Shown here: in pieces, positions 13,218 through 25,841 of the stretch
How the letters are laid out: every line of letters begins with the position of its first letter
Numbering within the stretch: position 1 is the stretch's first letter
Made by a program: the position numbers and the translations under genes
The notes under the pieces: model-generated
The model's database searches: none
What the model was told of the DNA's origin: nothing
What the model saw: only the letters and a program-made list of their open reading frames with translations
NCBI GenBank assembly: GCA_054600435.1
Contig: BAAIJX010000007.1
Location: forward strand, 1 to 64,000
Reading direction: 5' to 3'
Length of the DNA stretch: 64,000 bases
Source: Neophaeotheca triangularis
Taxonomy: Eukaryota

Positions 13218-15335
13218 TCAAGCGTCAACAGCGACAGGCTTGACGTCCTTCCCGCCCCCCTTCGTCTGCAACGGACTTTCAACCCCGGGACTCCCCAACG
13301 AATCCAGCGGCGCAGCATGCAAAGCCGGTTTCCTGCTCTTACCCAAAGTGCCCTTCTTGCGCTTATCCAGAGCATCCAGCACCCACTTGCCCATTTCCTC
13401 GTCGAGGAAATCCGTCGGGGCGCCGTCATTACCCACGGCTTGCAAGTCGACGGCGGCTTTGTTCTCGGCCGTCGGCTGGTTGCCGGAAGCGGGGACTTTG
13501 CCTGTTGCGTCCGTGGCTGAGGGCGCCGGGTGGCCTTCGGCGGCGGCTTCGGCGGCGGCTTCTTCTTCGTCGCCTTCGGAGATGGTGTCGGGCTTTTGCA
13601 TTGGCGCGAGCCAAGCGTGTTGCAGCAGCATGGCGTACGTGGGCCGGAGTTTAGGGATTTTGTTCAAGCAGCCGGCGACGAAGTTGTGAGCGGCTTCGCT
13701 GAATTCGTCGACCGGTAGGTCTGGAGGGTCGCCGTCGACGATGGCTTGGAGTTGCGAGAAGATGTTGTCGTAGGTTTCGGGCGGGTAGGGGTAGCGGCCG
13801 AGAGCGCATTCGATTATCGTTAGGCCGAGCGACCAAATGTCGGATTGAACGCTGTAGGTGCCGCCGCCGGGGTTGGCACCGGCTTGGGCGACGCCGCCGT
13901 TGGATATCCGCTCCGGGGCCATGTAGGACTGGCAGCCGATGTTGGTTTTGGCGATGCTTGCAACGAGGTTGCCGCTGACGCCGAAGTCGCAGATTTTCAC
14001 TTGGCCGCGCGTGTTGATGAGGATGTTGGTGGGTTTGACGTCGCGGTGAATGATGTTGTGTTCCTCTTTGAGCGCTTTGAGCGCTTGCACGGTGGAGAGG
14101 GTGATTTTGCGCAAAATATTCTCTGGAATTCCGTCGCCGTAGATCTTGTCTATACTTCCTCCATTCATGAACTCCATGCAAATGTACACTGCACCTTCTT
14201 GGAAAAAGGCACCATAAAAGTCGACTATCCGCGGTGAGATGCAGCGGTGCAAAATGTCAAGTTCCATGATGATGGCGGCGAACTTGGCTTCGTCGAGTTC
14301 GAGTCGAATTTCCTTCATGGCCATGACGACGCCTGTAGTTCCACCACGGGCAGTGTTGGCCGCATTGGTCTCTTCCTGCTCATCGGCGTTTGGTCCTCGT
14401 GTTTTGTTACCGGCAAGACCTTGGCCAACCTTGCGCATGTGCGGTCTACTGTGCCTCACTTTGTAGACTGTGCCGTAGTTGCCCTTGCCTAGCTCGTCCA
14501 GTGTATCAACTTCGTCCAAGCTTATGCTAAAGCTACGGCCAGACGAGAATTCAACACCGCCGCCATGCAGCTCAGCCTTGCCCTTGAACTTTAATGTACC
14601 AGTCTTGGAGTCGATGAATTCCGAGTACTTCTCCATTTGTGTCTGCTCCTTCTTCGGCGGCTGCGCCTCTCCACCCGCACCACCCTCACCGTTCGGAGCT
14701 CCGCCACCCATTTGCGACAGACTCAGTCCAGGCTTGTTCTTGCGACCCGGCGGGGCACCCGGTGCGCCGCCTGCAGGTGGAGCTTGGCCAGGCAGTCCCC
14801 CCGGCAGCCTCATGCCACGCTTCTCGGCCAACGAAGGGCCACGTCCGCCTTGGCCCGGAACGGCAGGGGAAGAATTGGTGGATTGGGCACCGGGTCGGTT
14901 GAGATGCGGTGGCATCTGGAAGCCTGCTGGTACGCCTCCAGCAGCAGCGGGTCCGCCTGTCTTGCCGGCAGGGCTGCCTGGTGCTTGACTGTTTGATTGA
15001 GTGGGGCCGGGCGGCCTCGCAGCAGGGCCCTGTCTGCCCATGGTGAAAGCCTTCATTCTGGCAGCAATATCCGGGTTCATGTTCGCGCCTCCTCTTGCAG
15101 CAGCGGCAGCTGAAGGTGGCCCTCCTGGTGGTTTTCTAGCAGCATTGACATTACCCAGCGGCGTTGAAGAGGAGCTCATGTTCGATACGGTGGCCGAAGA
15201 CATTTCGGATTGACTTCGAGGAGACGCTGGGGGCTTGGTTTGAGTCGCTTGCGGTGAGGAGGGTTCGGAGTCGGGAGAAGTGGGAGGAGATGGCGAGTCC
15301 AAGGAAGGACTTGGCTCGTCGCCCGGGGACGCCAT
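13218..15335 (-). CDS. PBS2: MAP kinase kinase Pbs2 (HOG pathway)
   Basis: Intronless ORF with ELGKGNYGTV, MAMKEIRLELDE, HRDVKPTN, DFGVSGNLVASIAKTNIGCQSYMAPERI and C-terminal KPALHAAPLD. The first ATG (MASPGDE) is at 15335; the ORF track start at 15365 is TTG. Confidence 0.96.
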   Translation of the reverse strand: MASPGDEPSPSLDSPSPPTSPDSEPSSPQATQTKPPASPRSQSEMSSATVSNMSSSSTPLGNVNAARKPPGGPPSAAAAARGGANMNPDIAARMKAFTMGRQGPAARPPGPTQSNSQAPGSPAGKTGGPAAAGGVPAGFQMPPHLNRPGAQSTNSSPAVPGQGGRGPSLAEKRGMRLPGGLPGQAPPAGGAPGAPPGRKNKPGLSLSQMGGGAPNGEGGAGGEAQPPKKEQTQMEKYSEFIDSKTGTLKFKGKAELHGGGVEFSSGRSFSISLDEVDTLDELGKGNYGTVYKVRHSRPHMRKVGQGLAGNKTRGPNADEQEETNAANTARGGTTGVVMAMKEIRLELDEAKFAAIIMELDILHRCISPRIVDFYGAFFQEGAVYICMEFMNGGSIDKIYGDGIPENILRKITLSTVQALKALKEEHNIIHRDVKPTNILINTRGQVKICDFGVSGNLVASIAKTNIGCQSYMAPERISNGGVAQAGANPGGGTYSVQSDIWSLGLTIIECALGRYPYPPETYDNIFSQLQAIVDGDPPDLPVDEFSEAAHNFVAGCLNKIPKLRPTYAMLLQHAWLAPMQKPDTISEGDEEEAAAEAAAEGHPAPSATDATGKVPASGNQPTAENKAAVDLQAVGNDGAPTDFLDEEMGKWVLDALDKRKKGTLGKSRKPALHAAPLDSLGSPGVESPLQTKGGGKDVKPVAVDA

Positions 15336-15650
15336 GGCGGTGGATGGAGATGTGGCGAAGAGCAAGGAAGGTGAGTGGCTTTTATCAAGAAGTCAGACGA
15401 ATGGCCCCGAAGTGCTCTGGGCTTGGTCTTCTAGAAGGATTTGAACTGCCTGGGCTGGGCTAGGCGGGTGTGGCGGTGCTGGATGCAATTGACTAGGTGC
15501 AGGTGCGGCTCGGGGAAGGCGACTACGGGGGGTACGGTCCCGTTTAGTGAAGAGAGGCGTGGCAAGCTGCAGGCTTGTACCTACCTATTCGACAGGGATG
15601 GGTGTTTGTTATAGTCGGGCGAGTAGTAGTAGTGGCAGTGGCAGTAGTGG

Positions 15651-15699
15651 AGTGGTGGTGGTGGTGGTGGTGGTGGTGGTGGTGGAGTGGTGGTGGTAG
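15651..15699. repeat. (GTG)n microsatellite upstream of PBS2
   Basis: Tandem GTG run preceded by GTA/GCA triplets. Confidence 0.9.
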
Positions 15700-17580
15700 T
15701 AAATAAGTGTTATCGATGTCTCTGCTTGGAGGGGCCGGGCGGTCGCGTAATCGGTCGTTTCCCCTTGCCCATCCGTCGTCAACCGGGACGGCTAACTTCA
15801 GTTACAACAGACAACCTTGGAACCTTGGAAGAGTCGATCCCGTCGTTTTTGGTGGGGTTGTCTCGAGCTGATTAAGCAGGACCTTGTGGCTCAGGTTTTG
15901 CCGCTGCAGGTGCCTGAGGATAGAACTTTAGGTAGCTTCCAATAGTATTAGGAAGCAGATGACTCAAACTGTAGGTGGACATGCCTTTCCAGCGTAAGAC
16001 GACATCAGCATGTGGTGCTGTACCTATGCGAATTAAAAAAGGTGCACTGGTGATGAACACCTCATCTTTGATGACGACGTCACCCACCTCGGGCTCTTCA
16101 GATCACCTGCAGGGCAATCTTGAAGTTGGACCTGCAATTTGCACAAGACCAGGCTGGCCAGCACGTGCGCCAGCACGTATGTATACGTACTCAACTTCGA
16201 CGATCCGAGGTAAGGAGGTACGGTAACCTAACCTAGAAAGTTTGGATCGATTTGATATCTCAAGGCTACCTAGTGCTTTCTCATTATCATTACCTCCTAT
16301 TGCTGGAGACGGGAGAAGCTGGCCTAGTAGTGACGCAGCCTGACGACTGCATTGTTAGAGCGGACATATGGAAGGTTATTGCTCATCATCGTCACTGTTG
16401 GGTACCTGCTACTAGTAAATTGTGTGAGTACTACATAGCCCGAACTGTCCAATGCGAAAAATCCGTTCCATACGACAAATCTCGAGGTATCGTATTGTAA
16501 CGGGGTTCCTTCTGATTCTTTGCAGAAACTCTGCGAATCTAACAAGGTCCAGCTCAAACAATCTGAATATTACTGTAGTCTTCCTGGACCAACTAGAATT
16601 CTTCAAATAATTATTTTCACACATCTCATCACTCCGAATCCAATTCGCAGCTTTGTTATACATCGCAAGCATCAGCTTAACATCGCCTGCGCAAAGCAAC
16701 GACCAGCTGGAACTCAAACAGCGCTGTAGGCTCTAATAAATCGAACCGTGTACCCTCTTCGAACAATGCGGTCTGTGGCCCAGTTCCTAAAGAGGAGCAG
16801 CCTCTGTTTTTGCGTTGGAATTAACGCAGTATCTGGATGGTGGGATGGATCCTTGGATGTAGTGTGGCCGAAGGTGTTCACAAAATCTACTTGAGGGGTG
16901 TTGTTATCCAACACTGTTAATGATCAGTCCTGGGTAGGATAGGGTATGGTGAGGTACGTAGGTAGGCGATACAGTAGTAGAGTGTAACTTGTAACTCATG
17001 CGTAGGAGGGGAGTGTTATGTTAACGTATCATACCTACCTTATATAAGAGTGATGGATCTCTGGCCAATGGCGTGGCATGGGCCTCGACGTGGCTTGTGC
17101 CTGGGTCGGTCGAATAGTATCAGGCTTAAGGTGGCTAAGGTGCGGTACATGAGATAACCGCCAAACTTGGCGCCGACCCCGTTGCCGCTGGTCCACTTCC
17201 CTGTTGAACGAACGTCAGCTTGCTTGCAAAGGCAGTCACTTCACCATCAGCGACTGCTACCTACCTTACCTAGCTATCCCCTATCATACCTTATTCATAC
17301 CACTCTTTTACACATCAATTCTTCGTTTGATGTTCCATAATCTTGCCACCTGACGTCGACATGCTCCCCGCCTTTCACCCTGTCTAACGGTGTCAACACC
17401 CATTGCGTTGGGACGATCCAATACCCACCTACCTTACTGAGATTACTACCACGGTAGCGAAGAAATCGTCGCAAAAAGCAACTCGACCTCCTCCTACCTG
17501 AACCTACGCCCGCCACTTCAACTATACCTCCCAACATCCTCACCTTCTCACCCTTCCGCCTCATCCCATCCACCGCCGCC

Positions 17581-19473
17581 ATGCCCTTCTTCGAAGCTCC
17601 GACCTCCTTCCGACTGAGGGAGCTTGCTGGAAGCGCCTTGAGCTCTGGCAGCTCCCTCCACAGACGAGACATTGACCATGCCCAAGCCCCCATGTCTATG
17701 AACAGCACGACAAACGGTACGCTCGCCGCCACAATGGCAGGCGCTGCTGTCCATCTTCTACAAAACCAACTTCCACCACACTCGTCACACCCCGATTTCC
17801 TCCACCTCGCTGGTCTGGTCTGTGAGGCTGTGCTGGAAGTCGTCTTCGTAGCGTTGCCCGGCTTCCTGGTAGCATGGACTGGCATGTTTGATGCCAACAG
17901 CCAAAAATTCGTCGCCGAGCTGAATACCATTGTTTTCACCCCCTGCCTGATCTTCACCAAGCTGGCCTCACAATTGAACGCGGACAAGCTGGCGGATCTA
18001 GCCGTCATCCCCGTCATCTTTGTTGCGCAAACCATCGTCTCGTACTTTTGCGCGCAACTCATGGCAAGAGTCTGGGGTTTTGGGAGGAAGAAAATGCAAA
18101 AGAACTTTATCCTAGCCATGGGCGTGTTTGGCAATTCGAACTCTCTGCCCATCTCCTTGGTCATCTCGCTATCCAAGACCATCTCTGGACTGCACTGGGA
18201 CAAGATACCTGGAGACAACGACAATGAAGTAGCCGCGAGAGGTATTCTGTACCTACTCATCTTCCAGCAACTAGGCCAACTTCTACGATGGACATGGGGA
18301 TATAGCGTGCTGTTGAAACCAAAGTCCGCTTACAGTGAAGATGATTTAAGAGAGTCAGGGGAGTTACCTGACGAGGAAGAAGGAGATCGATACCGGGATG
18401 ACCCTGAGCCGCAGCTTAATGGGCACTCAAAGCAGGCCAACAGCAACGGCAAGCTCATAGACTCAGACTATGGCTCGGGTTCGCAAACTCCAGGCACGCG
18501 AAGCATCTCGTCCGCCTCTAGTGATGAGGACGAGGGTGACCGCCCCAACATCATCCCAGCGACTCCAGCACAGGGTAACAAAGTCAACAACGAGCCTCGA
18601 AACGTCGCCAAGCGGCAATCCCAAAGCAGCGGCAACGAGCACCAAGATGCCCCGTCAAACATGGGCAACCGCTCGCGCTCCACCGGTCACATAACCCAGT
18701 TTCCCAACTTCAACAACCCCTCGCGCTCCTCTTCCGGCGAAGTCCCCCGCTGGAAACAACCCCTTTACACCTTCCGAGCCCGAACTCTCGACCTCCTCCG
18801 CCGCATCTGGGCGTCCATTTCCACCTTCGCCTCCAACCTTTTCCGCGCCCTTCCTCAACCAATCCAGAAAACCCTCTCCACCCTCCACCACTACAATGTC
18901 CGCTTCTGGGCCGGCGTCTGGCGCCAAATGAACCCACCTCTCTGGGCCATGCTGGCCGCACTCGTCGTCGCCTCCATCCCCTCCCTCCAACATCTCTTTT
19001 TCAGCCCAGGCACCTTGGTGAACAACTCCGTCACCCGCGCCGTCCACCAATCCGGCGGCGTCGCAGTCCCCCTTATCCTCGTCGTCCTTGGCGCCAACCT
19101 CGCCCGCTCCACGCTCCCCTCAGACCAACTCGCCTCCTCTCCCGCCGCCAAAGCCGAAGAGCGCCGCCTCCTTTGGGCCAGCATTATCTCTCGCATGGTC
19201 CTGCCCACTATAATCATGTCCCCTCTCATCGCCGTCTTCGCCAAATTTGTCCCCGTCAGCATCCTCGACGATCCAATTTTCATCATTGTCTGCTTTTTGC
19301 TCACGGGAGCGCCGAGCGCGCTGCAGTTGGCTCAGATTTGTCAGATCAACGGCGTGTACATGGGCGCTATGAGTAATTTGCTCGTCGCTAGTTATGTTGT
19401 GGCTATCTTCCCCTCGACGCTGGCGTTGGTCATGCTGGCGCTTGAGGTTGTTGAGTGGGCTGCTGCTGGGTAG
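17581..19473 (+). CDS. Auxin efflux carrier family (Mem_trans / PILS-like) membrane protein
   Basis: 630-aa ORF with two hydrophobic bundles around a hydrophilic loop. Motifs VFTPCLIFTKLA, VFGNSNSLPISL, NPPLWA, VPLILVVLGANL and DDPIF...PSALQLAQI. Confidence 0.9.
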   Translation: MPFFEAPTSFRLRELAGSALSSGSSLHRRDIDHAQAPMSMNSTTNGTLAATMAGAAVHLLQNQLPPHSSHPDFLHLAGLVCEAVLEVVFVALPGFLVAWTGMFDANSQKFVAELNTIVFTPCLIFTKLASQLNADKLADLAVIPVIFVAQTIVSYFCAQLMARVWGFGRKKMQKNFILAMGVFGNSNSLPISLVISLSKTISGLHWDKIPGDNDNEVAARGILYLLIFQQLGQLLRWTWGYSVLLKPKSAYSEDDLRESGELPDEEEGDRYRDDPEPQLNGHSKQANSNGKLIDSDYGSGSQTPGTRSISSASSDEDEGDRPNIIPATPAQGNKVNNEPRNVAKRQSQSSGNEHQDAPSNMGNRSRSTGHITQFPNFNNPSRSSSGEVPRWKQPLYTFRARTLDLLRRIWASISTFASNLFRALPQPIQKTLSTLHHYNVRFWAGVWRQMNPPLWAMLAALVVASIPSLQHLFFSPGTLVNNSVTRAVHQSGGVAVPLILVVLGANLARSTLPSDQLASSPAAKAEERRLLWASIISRMVLPTIIMSPLIAVFAKFVPVSILDDPIFIIVCFLLTGAPSALQLAQICQINGVYMGAMSNLLVASYVVAIFPSTLALVMLALEVVEWAAAG

Positions 19474-20413
19474 AGAGTGGGAGGAAGGAAGGAGTGTATC
19501 TGGTCGCACAACAGAGGAGGAAGGCGCTTGTCCAAAACAAGTATACAGGCGGCTGGTTTACATCTCCAAGTAGTGAATGGAATTCACACGGTGCAGATGG
19601 GGTGCGCGACTCGATATGAACCTCCCTACACCTCGTGGCCCGGGAAATCTGAAGGAAAGAGTTCTCTCGGTACCAAGCCCTCGAATATCCCCAGCAAAGG
19701 GAATTCTTCTCACAGGCTCGACCTAGCCATTGCATCGGGACAGCAGGAGAAACATCTTCGTTTTCGCAAGGCGCTCGGGCGTTAACTATGTACTGGTCTA
19801 CTACCACCTTACTTTTTTTTCACAAACGAATGGCTTCTTCGTTTTTCGTTTCGAGCGAATAGAGAGCGCGTCGACGCAGCGTCTCGCAAAGGTTCGGGCG
19901 AGGCTGCACGGATGCTTACATAGTGCAACAGTCGTTGCGGTTCTGTTTTCCCTTTTATTTTCCCCCTGACAAACGGCCTACCTGAACCTGCCCGCGCAGT
20001 TTTGTCTTGCGTTTATAAATACAGCGCGTGTTGGCTGGTGTATACTATGTATGCAGCGAGTCAAATAGCCATCGAATCGTGTCCTCCTTCTTCTTCTTCG
20101 TGCCCTCTGAGGTTCTACCGGCTGCTTTTACTTCTACTTCCCTCTTACCAACCTTTGAATTCCTACCAAGGAAGCGAAGGGGTTTAATCCTTTCCCATAA
20201 TGACTCGCGGTCTCAACGACTTTAAAAGGTATGTACACACAGTGTTTAATTATCACATCCACATGACATTGTTACATCGCATGACATTGTTGAAGGCAGT
20301 GGGAGGTTCGGCTTACACCGGGCAATTCATATCCCAATCTAGAGACTCTTTATATACCCTTGGGGTCTAGGTAGTTTTCTGGGGGTTTCTCATCTCTTGC
20401 GAAGTGATGGGTA

Positions 20414-20463
20414 GGTAAGGTAAGGTAAGGTAAGGTAAGGTAAGGTAAGGTAAGGTAAGGTAG
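20414..20463. repeat. (GGTAA)n pentanucleotide microsatellite
   Basis: Nine perfect units plus GGTAG. Confidence 0.95.
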
Positions 20464-21389
20464 GTGGTAGGCACTTCGTGCTTCATGGAACGGAATTCGC
20501 GGGTCGTGGTTTTCTTCTATTCTATATATGTACTGTATGTATGTATGTATGTGTACATGAGTATGAGAGTAGCGGTGGGGGCAATAATGCAGGTGCTAGT
20601 GCTATATAATGCTCATGCTTATGCTAATGGCCATCGGTAATTGTCTATATCTACATCTACTATATGTTAATGGTTGGAAGACTGTCTACGGCTCGTTAGA
20701 GAGCAGTTTGGGTGCTTGTGAGGTAGTGAGGGGAGGCGGGTAAGGTTGTATTTTGTCGCTTGAGCTGTGGCATTGTAGACTTGTTTCCCTACCGGTATGG
20801 GATATGAGGAGGGCAGACGTGACTGAGGGGGGAGGGTTTGTCTTGATCGGCTGTAATGAGCTACCTAGTATGTACATGAGAGAGGCGAGGGCGGGGTATT
20901 GTATGGTAGGGTAGCTGCGGTAGCTAGCTGCATACCAAGGTACTGAACATGACGAGCTTTGCCTTAGACTCTCTATGCTGTATCGGGGTGAGGGGACATC
21001 TGAATTGACTTTACCATGGTGGAAAACCCGAGTTAGCCGGTGAGGAGAGGGGAGGGGTGTGCGAGGTAGCTGCTTCATTGATAAAAGGGACGCAACATTC
21101 GTGGGAAGGAAAACGAATACCTCAGGTACCAATTTACATGGTAGCCTTCTGTCGTAACCCCCTTTGCTATCTCACCCATCCATAGTCCTCCACCAACCAG
21201 CAAAGCACCGACGTCCTCGATATGCGAACTTAGAAGTACAAGCGTGAGAATAAGCGGCGAAAGCACAGCAAGACCTAACCAAACCACCTCCTCACTTGGA
21301 CCTACTTCCCCCTCACAACTGAAGATCAAACTCATCCACCTACCAACAAATTCTTAAGAGCAGCAAGAAAACGCCCGGCGGAGAGAAAG

Positions 21390-22465
21390 ATGGCGACTGA
21401 ATCCCTGCTCCCCTCCGGCACCAGCGCCTCCAACCCTCCGCAAGCCCCTTCCCCCTCCCTCGGCCTCGACCGCCTAGCCTCCAAAATCGCCCTCGTAACC
21501 GGCGGCGCCAGCACGACCGGCTTCGGGGCAGCCATCTCCCGCCTCTTTGCCCGCGAGGGCGCGAAGATCGTGATAGGGGATTTGGACGCCGAGGGAGCCG
21601 AAGCGATGGCAAGGGAGGTTGGCAAGGGTGCTGTGGGGTTGAGGATGGATGTGAGCAAGGAGGAAGATTGGAAGCGGGCGGTTGAGAGGTGCGTGAGCGA
21701 GTTTGGCGGGTTGGATGTTGTGGTGAACAATGCTGGGACTACTTATCGGAGTAAGCCGACGCTTACTGTGACAGAGGGGGAGTTTATGGTAGGTGGGTTT
21801 CTATTTCTTCTTGTTTATATGTGGGCTTTTCTATGGGGTTTAGTATGGGGAGGGTTGGTGTGTTGGCTGGTTAGTTGAGTCGAGGTGGTTTCTGCTTTGC
21901 TGACTTTTGTCGTGTGGTAGAGGGTGTTTGATGTCAACGTCAAGAGTATTTATTGGGCCACGCAGTATGCCATTCCGGCTATCCAGAATGGCAAGAAGGG
22001 TGGGTCGATGATCAACATCTCGAGTATTGGGAGTGTGAGGCCTCGTCCGGGGTTGGTTTGGTACAACAGCTCCAAAGGTGCTGTGTCGAATGTGAGTTGT
22101 CCTAATGACTTCTTGGATGGCTGAGCTGACATGTTCATCTTGACAGGCGACAAAAGGTTTGGCGGCCGAGTTTGGACCCGATCAGATTCGCGTCAATGCC
22201 ATATGCCCGCTGTTGTCGGCCACTGGACTTTTCGAGGAGTTTGTTGGCGTGCCGGATACCGAAGAAAACCGCAAGAAATTCTCGGCAGCGATTCCCCTGG
22301 GTAAAGTTCCCTGGCGGCTTCACTTTGGTTGTAGATGCTAACGCTTGCGTAGGTCGTCTGACCGACCCGACTGACATTGCCAACACCTGCATGTATCTTG
22401 CGTCTGACGAAGGGAAGTTCATCACAGGCGTCAACCTCGAAGTGGACGGCGGAAGAGGCATATAG
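21390..22465 (+). CDS. Classical short-chain dehydrogenase/reductase (FabG-like)
   Basis: Exons 21390-21788, 21921-22091, 22147-22300 and 22353-22465, all GT-AG with branch sites. Motifs ALVTGG...GFG, VVNNAG, catalytic YNSSK, RVNAICP and FITGVNLEVDGG. Confidence 0.93.
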
Positions 22466-22482
22466 GTGGATACGTTCATCTC

Positions 22483-23079
22483 TCATCCTTCTAATGCCCT
22501 TCCAACTAGCGCTTTGCACTCGTCGGTCATGGGAATCTCCAGAGCCATGTCTTGTCCCTGCTTGCTCATCTTTCCCCAAGTCTTCTTCAGAATATTCACA
22601 ATCTTATCCTCATCATGCTTCACTCTGAACTCGTCGAACTGATCGTCAAGAAAGACCAAGCAAGCGACGTCCTCGAGTACCTGAACCTCATCCTCGCCCT
22701 GCTTGAGCCCTTCCTTCTTGATCAAAGCCATACACCTCTCAGTATCTTCAAGAGGATAGCCACTCTCATCCAGAATCTGCCCAACCCCCTCAGCCTGCCT
22801 CTTCTTCAGGTGCGTACGCCAGGTGTGGTAGCCGACCTTGGTCCTGGGGTAGTTGTCCCGTGGCACTTCCCAGCGACGGAAGTGCTGACCGCAGACGGCG
22901 AGTTTGAGCACTTCTGAGCTCTCGGGTGCGCGCTTGGCGAGGTAGTGCTCCATCTTCTCAGCGTAGTGTACTTCGTAGGGCATTTCCTGGCCGTCGCTTG
23001 TGGTGTGCTTGTTTGGATCTTCGCTGTGAGCTGTAATTATAGCATTGCGAGCTTTCTGGAAGTCGGGTTGAGGTGACAT
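22483..23079 (-). CDS. DUF4202 family protein
   Basis: ATG at 23079 (MSPQPDF). Motifs HSEDPN, YEVHYAEKM, QHFRRWEVPR..YP...GYHTWR, QVLEDVACLVFLDDQF and ILKKTWGKMS. Confidence 0.85.
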   Translation of the reverse strand: MSPQPDFQKARNAIITAHSEDPNKHTTSDGQEMPYEVHYAEKMEHYLAKRAPESSEVLKLAVCGQHFRRWEVPRDNYPRTKVGYHTWRTHLKKRQAEGVGQILDESGYPLEDTERCMALIKKEGLKQGEDEVQVLEDVACLVFLDDQFDEFRVKHDEDKIVNILKKTWGKMSKQGQDMALEIPMTDECKALVGRALEG

Positions 23080-24189
23080 TGCGAGGAGGTAGTAAATGTT
23101 ATTGTCGATCTTACGAGGGAGGTTTGGTATGGGTTTACTTGAAGACTGTATAGAGATGGGACGGATAGGTTTGTTTATGATTGATGCTTTTGATAATCTC
23201 TGCTTACCTACCAGCCAGGACAGGCTTATCGGCATCAGCAGCAGAGAGAGAGAGAGAGAGATAAGAGGATAGGTAAGGTACGAAATAGAACTAACATATC
23301 CAGAATAGTACTAGTATGCCTCGCTTAAACGCGGAGATGCGACAACCAGCCGGGAAGATGAGGTGCCTAAGGTTGTCAATAATGATATTGGCATCCTCCA
23401 TCCACTCTTCCTGGTCACCTGTCTGGCCTACCCAGGTAAATACTACTAGTGGCTAGGTAGGTCGGCTTTCGATCGGGTCGCGCGGGCCCCGTGAATAGCC
23501 AATCAACATATTCCAAGGTTCGGTCGGGGAATGCTTGCGTACTGAGCTACTAATGTAATAAGGTAGCTAAGTTACTGTCAAGCGCGCTTCTCGCGGGATG
23601 CGAATGTTCCAGTTGCCATGGCTCATCGTGGTGACTTGCCCGTCACAGTATGCGATGATTAAATCAATTGAATGTATGTAGGTTTTGATTGAAACATCCT
23701 ATGGACTCGACGGCAAGGTGCAGTGCAGGCAAGCCACGGCTCGTACTTCGTCCAGGTCTCTTGTGATGTACTGTAGGCAAGGTAACATAATGGCTAAGGT
23801 ACTGTAGGTAAGGTAGCTTACCTTATTATTGGATGTTACTGCCCACTATTATTCACACTGCTCCTCCTCGCAATCGACATGCAATCTATCTACATAGTAT
23901 CTACTACTACTTGTACATCCACGACAACTCCCCCGACTACTTGTCTTAGCCTAGACAATCATTGCTTTGCCTCTCGGCTTTCTTTTTGCCTTTCACACTA
24001 CTTTCCGTCTGCCTCTCCCCCAGACCCACTAGTGACTGTCACCTTGATCAACCAGATATCTCGTCTACAAAAAATCCGTCCGTCCTTGATCTTCCCAGTG
24101 TTGGCACCCCTCTTTACTCTGTCTCTGCCTTCCTGAGCTAGGTAGTCCTCCAATACAATAATATAATCTTGCCGAATGGCTCTCGCATC

Positions 24190-25841
24190 ATGACCTCCGC
24201 CGTACCTCGCCACATCGATCAAGTCGACGACAACTCATCTGGCATCCTACCCGACCCTCACCCAAGCGACTCGCATGTCCAACATGACGCAGAAAAAGCC
24301 GAGGAAACTCCATCAACCACTGACCAAAACATCCAAGTGCTAGACTGGGATGGACCCAACGACCCCGGCAATCCCATCAACTGGACCAATGCTCGCAAAT
24401 GGATCGTGACTGGTGCAGCACTCTTCGGCACTCTCATCATACCTCTAAATGGAACTTCCATCACCGCAGCAGCCGTCCAGATTAATGACGAGTTTGGTAT
24501 CAGCGATGCAAACTTCCCCCATAGCTACTGGACCGTTGTCAGTTGGAGTGTTGGCGGCGCCTTCTTTATCGTCTGTCTACTGCCACTGATGGAGGACCTG
24601 GGAGTGGAGTGGGGATACATCATTACTTACAGTTTCTTCCTGCTTATGCTTATACCGCAAGCCCTCGCCAAGAATTTTGAGACTTTGGTCATTACGAGAT
24701 TCTTTTCCGGGGGTGCTGTGGCTTTGCTCGCCAACACTATCGCTAGTATGATACCGGATGTTTGGGAAGGCGATGAGGCCAGAACGATACCAGTCAGTCT
24801 CTACATATTGACGTACGAGCTCGGCAACACCCTGGGTCCGCCCATCTTCGCCCGCGTACCCCAAGACGGTCTGAGTTGGCGATGGTAGGACACATTCAAC
24901 CTGCAAATATTCCCTCGGAAAAAGCTAACATCTCTTTTCCTCCCAGGATCTTCTACGTTCAACTCATACTCTACGGCGCCCTTTTCCCCGTATTCATCTA
25001 CCTCATCAGCGAAACACGTGGCAGTGTGATCCTTCGCCGCCGCGCCTCCCGCCTCCGTAAAACCACTGGGCGCCCCATCTACGCACCAGCCGAACTGGAC
25101 AAGCAACCCCTCCACTACCGCCTAGCCAAATCCGCTTCGAGGCCCCTCTACCTCCTCGCCACCGAACCCGTCCTCTTCGCCAGCACGCTCTGGTCGGCTT
25201 TCAGCTTCGGCACCGTCTTCCTCTTCACCCAGTCGGTGGCCCAAGTCTTCAGCACACTCTACGACTGGCCCGACTACAGCACCTCGTACATAATCGGCGC
25301 CGTTGTTGTGGGCGAAATCCTCGGCTGGTTCCCCACCCTCTACTCCTCACGCCTCTACCTCCAATCCGCCGCCCGCAACACCGAGTCCCCGGGTCGCCCC
25401 ATCCCGGAAGCCCGCCTCTACGTCTCCGTCGGCGCCTCCTTCATCGGCATCACCGGCGGCATGTTCGTCTACGCCTGGACCTCGTACCCCTACATCCACT
25501 GGATGGCGCCGGCGGTCGGGCTGGCCATGGTTGGTTTCGGCATCCAAGTCGTCGTCAGCGCCGTCGCCGACTACATCACCGACGCCTACGCGGCTTCCGA
25601 CTACGCCGGCTCGGCCATCAGCGCCGTCGCTTTCGGCGAAAACATTTTCGCCGGCTTCTTGCCCCTCGCTGCCCAGAGCATGTATACTAATCTGGGATTT
25701 CAATGGGCCAGTAGTCTATTGGGCTTTCTGGCGCTCGCCTTGAGTTTCGCTCCTGTCATCTTTATCTGGAAGGGCAGGGAGTTTCGTCGGAGGAGCCCTT
25801 TTATGCTTTCTGGTGGCGGAAAATGGGAGTTGAGTCCTTGA
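24190..25841 (+). CDS. MFS transporter (DHA1 drug:H+ antiporter-like)
   Basis: Exons 24190-24884 and 24947-25841. Motifs WDGPNDPGNPINW, SWR|WIFY, ETRGSVIL, LLATEP and PIPEARL; about 12 hydrophobic segments. Confidence 0.92.

Noticed and set aside
17295..18260. Long antisense ORFs over real genes (also 31045-31992, 34636-35412, 63002-63811)
   Set aside because: Shadow ORFs expected from GC-rich codon bias.
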